Below are positions 35,909-45,989 of a stretch of 45,989 bases of DNA, piece after piece. A program made the translations under genes and the position numbers. The stretch spans positions 1 to 45,989 of the forward strand of contig DAOWME010000001.1 of assembly GCA_030643245.1 (NCBI GenBank), written 5' to 3'. This DNA comes from Deltaproteobacteria bacterium. GTDB taxonomy: Bacteria; Desulfobacterota; UBA8473. Below the pieces are notes generated by a model that worked only from the letters and a program-made list of their open reading frames with translations, searched no databases and was not told the origin of the DNA. Each line of letters opens with the position of its first letter. Position 1 is the stretch's first letter.

Positions 35909-37540
35909 TCACTTTGAAAAGAGCGTACACACCTTTGCCGCCACGCCGCTGGCTTGAGACACCGTTTCAGGTATATCCTTCGGCCCCTGGCATGTCCCGG
36001 CTAAATAAATTCCTTTCCTCAATGTCTCCAGGGGTCTCGATGCCGGATGGAGCGAACGGATAAAACCGTGCCTGTCAGTTTCTAGCTCAAGTATCTCAGC
36101 AAGCCGGGTAGTCTCTTCAGAAGGCTCAAGTGCCACCGCCAGGACCACCATATCAAACGCAACCTCACTTACCTTTCCGGTCTTAGTATCTTCAAACAAA
36201 ACGATGGGATCTCCGGTGTCGGTATTCTCCGTTATCTCACCGGGTAGGCCTTTGATGAATTTCATCCCTTCTTTTTCCGACCGAACGTAGAGTTCCTCGA
36301 ACCCCTTCCCAAAGGCACGAAGATCGTTGTAAAAGATCCATACATCTGCATCAGGCTCATGTTCCATAACCAATCTACCCTCCTTTATACTGGCCAAACA
36401 GCAATAAACTGAACAGTACTCATGGAAATGGACATCTCTGGAGCCGACACATTGGATGAAGGCCACCTTCTTTATATGTTTACCATCCGGTCTTATAAGT
36501 TCTCCACTGGTTGGACCGGACGCACATATTATTCGCTCAAACTCGATATTGGTAAACACATTCCTTATCCTACCGTATCCATACTGTCCCTTCCTGGAGG
36601 CATCGAAGGTCTTTGTACCAGTCGATACAATGATGGCTCCGACCTTCAAGGTCAGCGTCTTTGGCTCTTCGGAAAGGTTTATGGCATCCAATTCACAGAC
36701 CTTCGTGCATAGTCCGCACTCAATACACTTTTCCTTATCTATAGTATATCTCAAGGGCACCGACTGGGCGAACATAACATAGATGCACTTTCTAGGCTTC
36801 AGGTTAAGATCCCATTCGTTAGGTAATATCACGGGGCAAACCTCGACACAGGCGCTACAGCCGTTGCATTTTTTCATATCCACATATCTCGGTCTAACCT
36901 CGATCTCTGCGTTGAAATTTCCCGCGTCGCCCGTTATGCTCGTTATCCTGGCATTTGTTATTAGCTCAATGTTAAGATCCTTCGAAACGTCTACGAGCTT
37001 AGGCCCAAGGATACATATTGAGCAGTCCATGGTTGGAAAGGTCTTGTCAAGTTGGGCCATGATGCCGCCTATAGACAGAGTACTCTCCACCACATAGACC
37101 TTATAACCCGCTTGAGCTATGTCCAGTGCAGCCTGGACCCCTCCCACACCCCCGCCTACTATGAGGACCTCTTTTATCATCCTTTCTTCTTTGGGAAACC
37201 GTCCCCCGTCCTTCTTCAGCCTTTCTTTCAGTATATCGAGGAGGCCTTCTTTATCCTCCACCTTGTCCATATCAATATACCCTATGCCGGTTTTCTTCAG
37301 TTGGGGCAACTTGTTGAAGGTATTACGGTGGACATCCTCGGCACATGCCATGATCAATACGCGATCGAGTTCATCCTTCTCGACACGATCACATAGAAAC
37401 TTCAATCCCTTCTGCGAACAGAGGTACTTCTGCGAATAGACGACGGTGTTGGGCAAATCCATAATTTCAGCATCTTTTCCCAAATCAAAAGCAAAGCCGG
37501 AAGACGGACATGCACATAGAAAGATGCCGGTCTTGTCCAT
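35909..37540 (-). CDS. hdrA: Heterodisulfide reductase subunit A-like flavoprotein (second copy, no MvhD)
   Basis: 543 aa. LIVGGGVGGVQAALDIAQAGYKVYVVE FAD fold, CNGCSACVEVCP / CIECGLCTKVCE clusters and C-terminal GIYLAGTCQGPKDIPETV. Confidence 0.85.
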   Translation of the reverse strand: MDKTGIFLCACPSSGFAFDLGKDAEIMDLPNTVVYSQKYLCSQKGLKFLCDRVEKDELDRVLIMACAEDVHRNTFNKLPQLKKTGIGYIDMDKVEDKEGLLDILKERLKKDGGRFPKEERMIKEVLIVGGGVGGVQAALDIAQAGYKVYVVESTLSIGGIMAQLDKTFPTMDCSICILGPKLVDVSKDLNIELITNARITSITGDAGNFNAEIEVRPRYVDMKKCNGCSACVEVCPVILPNEWDLNLKPRKCIYVMFAQSVPLRYTIDKEKCIECGLCTKVCELDAINLSEEPKTLTLKVGAIIVSTGTKTFDASRKGQYGYGRIRNVFTNIEFERIICASGPTSGELIRPDGKHIKKVAFIQCVGSRDVHFHEYCSVYCCLASIKEGRLVMEHEPDADVWIFYNDLRAFGKGFEELYVRSEKEGMKFIKGLPGEITENTDTGDPIVLFEDTKTGKVSEVAFDMVVLAVALEPSEETTRLAEILELETDRHGFIRSLHPASRPLETLRKGIYLAGTCQGPKDIPETVSQASGVAAKVCTLFSK

Positions 37541-37543
37541 GAT

Positions 37544-39883
37544 CTACCTCTCTAAATTCTTCAACTGGGTTGCCATCTCCTCGGTGACCCTTTGAAACAC
37601 TATGCCTTCTGCGGCGGATACCCACTCCAATCTGAGCCGCCTGGGGTCTATGCCCTTCTTGGGCAGGGACTTCATCAACGAATTAACCCTTTCTTCGCAT
37701 CTGTAGTTCCCGGACACGTAATGACAATCTCCCGGAGGGTGACACCCTGAGACGAGTATCATGCCTGCTCCCTTATCAAAGGCATAGCGTATAATGTCCT
37801 TACTCAACCTGCCTGAACACATGGTCCTGATTATCCGAACATTGGGGGGATACTGTAGCCTGGACACACCCGCAAAATCTGCACCCGCATACGAACACCA
37901 ATTACAGCAGAAGGCTATTATCTTTTCCCTTGGGTTCTCTTCAAGGGCAGCATCTATTTGTGAACATATCTGTTCTGTGGTGAAACCCAGTGCTTCTATC
38001 GCTCCTGTGGGACATGCCCCGGCACATACACCGCACCCCTTACACGCGGCCTCAATAACTCTCGCCTTCTTCTCCCCCTCGACCTCCACTTCTTCTATAG
38101 CCAGGAAGGGGCATTCTTTTATGCAAATCCCGCATCCCACACACTTGTCTATGTCCACCTTCGATATGATTCCATCGAGCCTCAGTTTGTCCTTGGAGAA
38201 GAGTCCGCATACCTTGGCAGCAACTCCACTGGCCTGCGCTACAGATTCAGCTACATCCTTCGGACCCAGACAGGCGCCGGCCAAATAGATTCCGTCAATA
38301 ACAGTGTCTATGGGCCTAAGTTTCGGATGGGCCTCCATAAAGAAACCATCAGGACCTGTGGGAACCTTCACTATCTCCTTGAGAAGATCCGTATCTCTGC
38401 CGGGTTCCATTCCCACAGCCAGCACCACCATTTCCGTATCCCGGGATCTCATACGATTGAGGGCGTCACTGTGTGCCTTTATCAAAAGGTTATTGTCTTC
38501 CGTTTCGGTCACCTCCGTAATGTCCCCCCTGACGAAGAGCACCCCGGCCTCTCTGACGGACCTGTACATCTCCTCGAACTCTCTCCTCGGTATCCTTATG
38601 TCCTTATGATAGACGCTTATATCTGTTTCCGGGGATAGAGATTTCAACAATTTTGCCTGTTTTACGGTTGACATGCAGCAGATTCTTGAACAGTACTCGT
38701 TCCCCTCTTCTTCCCTCGAACCGATGCACTGTATGAAAGTTATTTTCCGGGGCTCTCTCCCGTCAGAAGGTCTCAATGGATGTCCCCCTGTTGGCCCATC
38801 GGTATCCAGCATCCTCTCCAACTGGAGTGAGGTGATCACATTCTTGAATTCACTGTAGGCATACCCTGGCTTATTTTGGGGATCAAAGGAGTCAAATCCC
38901 GTGGCCACGATAATACTGCCGACCTCCACCTCCAATTCTTCTTCTTTTCCCTCAAGATCTACCGCATCCACAGGACAGCATTCCACACAAAGTCCGCACC
39001 TTGTGCAGTGATCCATATCTACAACATACGTGGAAGGCGTGGCCTCTTCAGAGGGAAGATAGATGGCCTTTCTCGAACCAATACCTGCGTTGAATTCATC
39101 CGTGACTTCTACAGGGCACACCGTGGTACATTCACCGCACTGGATACAATCTTCTTTGACATATCGGGGATGCCTTACGATTCTCACCTTGAAATTGCCG
39201 ATGAACCCATCTACGGACTTCACCTCTGAACTCGTAAAAACTTGGATCCTCGGGTGGATCATCGCCTCTGTCATCCTGGGGATAAGTATGCATTTTGGCG
39301 GGGTGGAATCAGAGGAGATCCCCGAGAGCTGAGACACCTTGCCTCCGAGAGTAGGCGCTTTTTCTGCGAGATAGACTTGATGACCAGCGTTGGCTATGTC
39401 AGAGGCTGCCTGAAGACCGCTAATGCCACCACCGATGACCAAGGCGCTTTTTGTGGTGGGAACTTCCCTGTCGGACAGTGGCTGAAGAAGCCTTGCCTTT
39501 GCTACCCCCATCTTGACGAGATCCATAGCCTTAGTCGTAGCCATATCAGGCTCGTGCATATGGACCCAGGAGCAGTGTTCCCTTATATTAACCATCTCCA
39601 TAAGATAAGGGTTCAGGCCGGCCTCTGCAACAGCCCGCATAAAAGTAGGCTCATGGAGTTTAGGAGAACAGGATGCCACTACAACCCGATTTAAATTATG
39701 TTCCTCTATGTCTTCTTTAATCTGAGTCTGACCTGTTTCAGCACAACAATAAGTATTCTCCCTGGCTATAACCACATTGTCAAGGGAAGACGCAAAATTA
39801 ACTACCGCAGAGGTATCGATTACCGCCGCGATATTCTTACCGCAATGGCACACATATACCCCGATCCGTATCTCTTCACTCAC
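37544..39883 (-). CDS. hdrA: Heterodisulfide reductase subunit A fused to an MvhD-like domain
   Basis: 779 aa with a GTG start. RIGVYVCHCGKNIA, VIGGGISGLQAA and several CxxCxxCxxxCP motifs. The C-terminus IIAFCCNWCSYAGADFAG....P.NVRIIRTMCSGR matches the MvhD family. Confidence 0.9.
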   Translation of the reverse strand: MSEEIRIGVYVCHCGKNIAAVIDTSAVVNFASSLDNVVIARENTYCCAETGQTQIKEDIEEHNLNRVVVASCSPKLHEPTFMRAVAEAGLNPYLMEMVNIREHCSWVHMHEPDMATTKAMDLVKMGVAKARLLQPLSDREVPTTKSALVIGGGISGLQAASDIANAGHQVYLAEKAPTLGGKVSQLSGISSDSTPPKCILIPRMTEAMIHPRIQVFTSSEVKSVDGFIGNFKVRIVRHPRYVKEDCIQCGECTTVCPVEVTDEFNAGIGSRKAIYLPSEEATPSTYVVDMDHCTRCGLCVECCPVDAVDLEGKEEELEVEVGSIIVATGFDSFDPQNKPGYAYSEFKNVITSLQLERMLDTDGPTGGHPLRPSDGREPRKITFIQCIGSREEEGNEYCSRICCMSTVKQAKLLKSLSPETDISVYHKDIRIPRREFEEMYRSVREAGVLFVRGDITEVTETEDNNLLIKAHSDALNRMRSRDTEMVVLAVGMEPGRDTDLLKEIVKVPTGPDGFFMEAHPKLRPIDTVIDGIYLAGACLGPKDVAESVAQASGVAAKVCGLFSKDKLRLDGIISKVDIDKCVGCGICIKECPFLAIEEVEVEGEKKARVIEAACKGCGVCAGACPTGAIEALGFTTEQICSQIDAALEENPREKIIAFCCNWCSYAGADFAGVSRLQYPPNVRIIRTMCSGRLSKDIIRYAFDKGAGMILVSGCHPPGDCHYVSGNYRCEERVNSLMKSLPKKGIDPRRLRLEWVSAAEGIVFQRVTEEMATQLKNLER

Positions 39884-39900
39884 AGAATCACCCCATTAGA

Positions 39901-40091
39901 TTAGGGACGGGGACGAAATAACTTCCTCAATCAAGTTGGCGCTCAGATTTAGGTTAGATTTGTTCGATCTGAAAACGCAAAACCGCAGGAATAGTCGAAC
40001 TATTTTTAGGATTTTGTGTTTGAAGATCGGGCAAAGATGGCCTGAAGATGAGATGCACAAATGGGGAAGTTATTTCGTCCCCGTCCCTTAA
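39901..40091 (+). repeat. Intergenic hairpin repeat, copy 6 (short form)
   Basis: Perfect 23-bp terminal arms gggacggggacgaaataacttcc / ggaagttatttcgtccccgtccc. Starts 18 nt upstream of the hdrA GTG. Confidence 0.9.
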
Positions 40092-40128
40092 GTTAGGCCG
40101 CACATTTTCGCAGACGCACAAACAGTTA

Positions 40129-40157
40129 AATTTATCAGTCCCTAGTAGTTTTGTAAA
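40129..40157 (-). promoter_or_regulatory. Sigma70-like promoter candidate for the hdrA-fwd operon
   Basis: On the - strand: TTTACA (40157-40152), 17 nt, TAAATT (40134-40129). This would place repeat copy 6 in the 5' UTR. Confidence 0.4.
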
Positions 40158-40174
40158 GGGTTTTGTGTGCCCCC

Positions 40175-40606
40175 TCACTGTCCCCTCTTCTTCACCCATT
40201 CCGGTATCTTTGAGTCCGATATTGAATCAATTCTGGGGATGTAAGGTTTTATGTCGATTACAGGTGTTCCATCAATCGCGTCTATCTTGTCAACAGAGAT
40301 GGTATTTCTATGGATCGACAATATTTTGCACACAGATATGGAGATGAGGTTGGGCCGCAACGGGGAACGGGTAGCGAATACACCTGTCAGAGGATTTTTC
40401 CTGTTTCCCCGCGGATGAACCTGGAGGACTTTTCTCTCATGGGGGGTATCGTTTTTATGAAACCAGGAACAGACTATTATGTGGGAAAATTGGTCTAGCC
40501 CCAGGAGTGCATCTCCGTATTTTTCATAAACTTCGATAGTGGCTCCGCTGTGCCCTTTCCTAATGACCCCGAGGGGAAATATCTGGAAATAATTTACTTG
40601 AGTCAT
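40175..40606 (-). CDS. trmO: TsaA/TrmO-family tRNA methyltransferase-like protein (UPF0066)
   Basis: 143 aa. GLDQFSHIIVCSWFH.......VHPRGN....LTGVFATRSPLRPN.I..SVCKI.......I.VD.IDAIDGTPV+DIKPY. Confidence 0.75.
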   Translation of the reverse strand: MTQVNYFQIFPLGVIRKGHSGATIEVYEKYGDALLGLDQFSHIIVCSWFHKNDTPHERKVLQVHPRGNRKNPLTGVFATRSPLRPNLISISVCKILSIHRNTISVDKIDAIDGTPVIDIKPYIPRIDSISDSKIPEWVKKRGQ

Positions 40607-40640
40607 AACCCCATTCTCCGGTCGGGCATTGGGAAGGCTC

Positions 40641-41097
40641 TCATAATCCCCACACCTCTCCCATATCTGTTATTGATGGGTCATCATAACGTGCCAGGGT
40701 CGCCAACCACTCCGGCATTTCTTCTTTGATGGTCTCTTTAAGAAAGGTCAAATCCTCTTTTTCTACCATCCCCCGCTCGTACAGAAAGGAATAGAACTTC
40801 TTTAAACTGGCTGCATTACTTCTGGTTGATGACGCGCTGGCCCACATTGTTTTCTTAATGAACCAGTATCCGAGAAACATGCCGACTTCACATATCCCAT
40901 CCTTTGCCTCGGTCGCATCGTCGTATAGCAGAAACTCATTGATGTAGAAATCGATGTTCTCAGTATGCTTATTGACGGTCTTCTCTTTTAAGTTTCGCTT
41001 TGAAAAGCCAGTCTTCAAATTCATCCAGCAGTTTATCATTGGCTTTTCGGATCTTACTGCACGCAATTTCATATTCCTGATAATCGTTTCCTGACAT
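40641..41097 (-). pseudogene. Small helical protein with an integrase-N-terminal (SAM-like) fold, apparently frameshifted at a T4 run
   Basis: ATG at 41097 with AGAGGTG SD: MSGNDYQEYEIACSKIRKANDKLLDEFEDWL, which stops 11 codons later. The rest (SKRNLKEKTVNKHTENIDFYINEFL...AASLKKFYSFLYERGMV) continues in the frame of the long track ORF. Removing one T at 41003-41006 joins them. Confidence 0.5.
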
Positions 41098-41128
41098 GAC
41101 GCACCTCTGACTTGAAATTTTACTTCGT

Positions 41129-43231
<2,103 letters not shown>

Positions 43232-43367
43232 TCATAATGCGGGGTAATATGTGCACAAACGGCGGGATATACGTGCATATGGAATAATAGATTTTCAGAA
43301 AAAGAATTTTGGGGTCCTCTTGGGTCCATAGAAGTGCTACCAGTATGGCTGTTTGATCAGTAGGCGT

Positions 43368-43408
43368 AAGGCACAGGGTTTAAGGTAAAAGACCTTTAGC
43401 CCTGAGCC
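43368..43408. repeat. Hairpin of the GGCATAGGG..AAGG repeat family
   Basis: aaggcacagggtttaagg / cctttagccctgagcc with a 7-nt loop. A half-site, agggcatagtg, occurs at 43481. Confidence 0.4.
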
Positions 43409-43540
43409 ATTACATAACACCTGGATATGACAATATTCCGGGACTCATTACTACCCCAAAAACAATTTCTTAAAGGGTAAAGGGCATAGTGTTGCAGGGA
43501 CGGTTCCATAGTCCGTGATAGCCGTATGGAGATGTCTAAT

Positions 43541-43562
43541 GGGGTAGTCGTGAGACTACCCC
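43541..43562 (-). terminator. Hairpin just downstream of the mutase operon (terminator-like, no U-tract)
   Basis: ggggtagtc-gtga-gactacccc, a 9-bp stem, 14 nt after the stop at 43576. Confidence 0.3.
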
Positions 43563-43575
43563 TTCTTATCCTATT

Positions 43576-43977
43576 CTAAGATGAAAGACCTGAAACATAG
43601 TCAACAGCATCACTTGGTGCAGAACCAGGCCCAAATACTTTTTTTATACCCATGTTCAGGAGCTGAGGTATATCCCCCGATGGTATGACCCCCCCCATTA
43701 TGAGCGGCGCATCTATCTTCCGTTCATTGAACGATTCCAACACAGTAGAAGCCACGAAGAGGTGCTGCCCCATTGAGCAGGTGATGCCCACAACATCCGC
43801 ATCCTCCTCCTCAGCTACCTTGGCCAATTCCTTGGGATCACTGAAGTAAGTGAAAACAACCTCAATACCCGCATTTCTAAAACTGCTCATCACAGATAAA
43901 AGTCCCCGGTCATGTCCGTCGAGGGAAAAACGTGCCATTAGGGCCTTCACCTTTTCCCTGTTTTGATTTTCAACCAT
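43576..43977 (-). CDS. Cobalamin (B12)-binding small subunit of an acyl-CoA mutase
   Basis: From the ATG at 43977 (GGGAGG SD). LDGHDRGLLSVMSSFRNAGIEVV...GITCSMGQH...L carries the DxHxxG B12-binding motif. Confidence 0.85.
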   Translation of the reverse strand: MVENQNREKVKALMARFSLDGHDRGLLSVMSSFRNAGIEVVFTYFSDPKELAKVAEEEDADVVGITCSMGQHLFVASTVLESFNERKIDAPLIMGGVIPSGDIPQLLNMGIKKVFGPGSAPSDAVDYVSGLSS

Positions 43978-43987
43978 GGTTTCCTCC

Positions 43988-45688
43988 CTATGTAGAATAT
44001 ATCCTTCCTCCACTCACTTCAACTATCGCCTCCATCATTTCGCCCAAGGTGCATTTGGCCTTGGCTGCCTCAATGAGTTTAGGCATGAGTATTCCCGCTT
44101 TTTCCACAGTATCATAACCGGCCATAGCTTCCTTTATCCTATCGAGTGAATCCTTGACCTTCGTATTATCCCGATTGGCCCGCCACTTTTCCATCTTCTT
44201 TACGACCTCGGCCTCGATCTCAGGCTGATATCCTGTAAAGGCAGGGACCACTTCCTCTTCCTCTGTTTTGAATTTGTTCAAACCTACGACGACCCTTTCA
44301 CCACTGTCAACCTCCTGTCGCCATTTTATGCTCTGCTTCTCCAAGAGCTGGCGTAACCACTCATTCTTTATGCATTGGAAGTAACCTCCCTTGCTCTCTA
44401 TCTCACTCATCACCTTCTTTGCCTCTTCTTCCACCTTGTCCGTAAGCCATTCCAGATAATAAGAACCCCCCAAAGGATCGGTTACATGGGGCACACCTGT
44501 CTCGTTAAGGACTATCTGGTTTATGCGTATTGCTGTACGAACCGCCTCTTCTGAAGGCAGTCCGATAGCCTCGTCGTAAGAATTGGTGTGCATGGACTGT
44601 ACACCGCCCAGGACACAGGCCAAAACCTGCAGGGTAGACCTTGCTATGTTGTTCAAGGGCTGCTGAGAGGTGAGGGAAGAGCCGGCAGTATGAACATGTA
44701 TCCTGTACTGAAGGGACTTCGGGTCTTTACATCCAAACCTCTCCTTCATAATCTTGGCCCACAACCTCCTCCATGCCCTAAGCTTTGCCACTTCCTCAAA
44801 GAAGTCCATCCCCAGATGGACCTGAGAGCTGAACCTCGAAACAAATTCATCGGGTTGTAGTCCGGCCTTTATGCCTCCTTCAACGAGATCAACGGCCTTC
44901 GAAAGAACGATCCCCAGCTCCTGGGCCGGCGTAGCGTTCATCTCTCCCAACACGTAACCACAAAGGTTTGTGTGGTTCCAACTCTTTATGTTTCTGCAAC
45001 TGTATTTTATTAACTCAATCTCTAGTTTGTATTGTGTATCAGGGACAGGAGATGGCAGGTTCGTGGTCAAGCACCGGTTCCCCAATCCATTTTGGCTTTG
45101 GCCGGCAAGCTCTCCCGGCTTATGCCCTCTGCCCTCAGCATAAGCAACATACATGGCAAGGAACGGAAGACACGTGAACCTGATATTGTCGGCCACCCGT
45201 GTCTTGGGAAGATCGTAGTCCCTCAGAAGGACATCGATGTCACCGAGCGTACTTATATTGACACCCCCCAAACCTATCATTCCGCGTGATCTGGGGTCGT
45301 CAGGATCAAAACCGCAGTGGGTAGGCGTATCCACTGCGAAGAGAACGGCCGCCTGCTTTCCATACCCTTTCATCCCTTGTCTTATCAGGTATTTGGTGCG
45401 CTCCTTAGTCTCTTCACCTGTGCCGTAACCGTGGAGTTGCTGAATCATCCAAGGCATATATTGATAGCCAAGCGCCCTGTTTCCCCTCGAATAGGGAAAT
45501 GCTCCGGGCATTTCCGGCTCTGAACCCTCTATGTCCTCCGGCGTATACACATACTTGAGGGGTATCCCGGATTCTGAGTTGTATTGAGGCGAACCAAACT
45601 TCAGCTTCTTTTCATAGACCTCCTTCACCTCCTTCTCCCAGTCCTTCATCATCTCATTCACTTTATCAAGGGTCTTTTTAGAAAACAT
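43988..45688 (-). CDS. Methylmalonyl-CoA mutase-family large (substrate-binding) subunit, divergent
   Basis: 566 aa. PGAFPYSRG, TIM-barrel mutase pattern, SMHTNSYDEAIGLPSEEA. The substrate-region motif differs from canonical MCM (see findings). Confidence 0.85.
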   Translation of the reverse strand: MFSKKTLDKVNEMMKDWEKEVKEVYEKKLKFGSPQYNSESGIPLKYVYTPEDIEGSEPEMPGAFPYSRGNRALGYQYMPWMIQQLHGYGTGEETKERTKYLIRQGMKGYGKQAAVLFAVDTPTHCGFDPDDPRSRGMIGLGGVNISTLGDIDVLLRDYDLPKTRVADNIRFTCLPFLAMYVAYAEGRGHKPGELAGQSQNGLGNRCLTTNLPSPVPDTQYKLEIELIKYSCRNIKSWNHTNLCGYVLGEMNATPAQELGIVLSKAVDLVEGGIKAGLQPDEFVSRFSSQVHLGMDFFEEVAKLRAWRRLWAKIMKERFGCKDPKSLQYRIHVHTAGSSLTSQQPLNNIARSTLQVLACVLGGVQSMHTNSYDEAIGLPSEEAVRTAIRINQIVLNETGVPHVTDPLGGSYYLEWLTDKVEEEAKKVMSEIESKGGYFQCIKNEWLRQLLEKQSIKWRQEVDSGERVVVGLNKFKTEEEEVVPAFTGYQPEIEAEVVKKMEKWRANRDNTKVKDSLDRIKEAMAGYDTVEKAGILMPKLIEAAKAKCTLGEMMEAIVEVSGGRIYST

Positions 45689-45846
45689 AACTTTACCTCC
45701 CCGCGAATAATTTCATTTGATCCTCCATAGCTAAATCCACCGCTCCAAGATTGAAGGTCATTAAGAATAAACCAAGGGTGGAATACTCCCGTAGTCTTAA
45801 GCACATATAACCTAACAGCTATTAGAGAATAAATCAAATAGAAAAG

Positions 45847-45989
45847 TAAGGGACGAGGCTGAAATAACTTCCCCATTTGTGCATCTCATCTTCAGGCCAT
45901 CTTTGACCGATCTTCAAGCACAAAATCCTCGAAATAGGTCGGACTATTCCTGCGGTTTTGCGCTTTCAGATCGAACAAATCTAACCTAA
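45847..45989 (-). repeat. Intergenic hairpin repeat, copy 7 (inverted orientation, cut by the window end)
   Basis: taagggacgaggctgaaataacttcccc... is near-identical to copy 5 but lacks the 26-nt insertion. Confidence 0.85.

Noticed and set aside
37541-37546. The two HdrA ORFs (37544-39883 and 35909-37540) are in the same frame, separated only by TAG plus one codon. I considered stop-codon readthrough, Pyl/Sec recoding or a split gene.
   Set aside because: The stop is TAG, not TGA, so it is not selenocysteine, and no pyl context is visible. The upstream protein already ends with a complete MvhD domain. The downstream ORF has its own GAGAGG SD and ATG and a complete HdrA N-terminus. Two adjacent genes that happen to be in frame is the simple reading.
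34008-39883. Selenocysteine (in-frame TGA plus SECIS) in the FwdB-like or HdrA genes, as occurs in some methanogens and Deltaproteobacteria.
   Set aside because: All three ORFs are uninterrupted from a plausible start to the stop, with Cys at the expected motifs. No in-frame TGA needs explaining.

Overview
Gene-dense bacterial chromosomal window. IF-3, L35, L20, IHF and bacterial-type tRNAs mark it as bacterial. HdrA/MvhD, Fwd-like proteins, a B12 mutase and many lipoproteins suggest an anaerobic Desulfobacterota-like organism, but the taxon is inference only. Layout: (i) 65-10781, + strand: a tightly coupled iron/metal-handling cluster. It holds two FeoA-like proteins, a porin, a FeoB-associated Cys-rich peptide, a DUF5320-like protein and two 750-aa CPC-type P1B ATPases. 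It also holds three copies of an 'IPGRxRLK' HMA-like domain, a long Gly/Pro/Gln/Met-rich protein, a MamC-like two-TM protein, a YtxH-like paralogue and small glycine-zipper TM peptides. (ii) 11176-19655, - strand: housekeeping block tRNA-Val, thrS-infC-rpmI-rplT-pheS-pheT-ihfA, a MerR-like gene and tRNA-Pro. (iii) 19848-29349, - strand: a secreted NHL/FN3 protein, a decayed pgsA-like pseudogene and an 8-gene envelope lipoprotein cluster (FecR, PEGA, CsgG-like, 2x DUF799-like, LPP20/FlgT-like, TPR/SLH-like, LPP20-like). (iv) 30085-39883, - strand: hflX (apparent non-canonical start), FwdA-like, a 2-gene insert, FwdB-like, an Fe-S protein and two HdrA homologues, one fused to MvhD. (v) 40175-45688, - strand: trmO-like, a frameshifted small gene, ligA and a B12-dependent acyl-CoA mutase pair. 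Seven copies (two partial) of a 187-211 bp hairpin-forming intergenic repeat with compensatory stem changes are scattered through the window, plus other small nested repeats. The best candidate for a novel system is cluster (i), which looks like a ferrosome-like or magnetosome-protein-like metal compartment locus. All homology calls rest on recognising motifs by eye; no database search was run.
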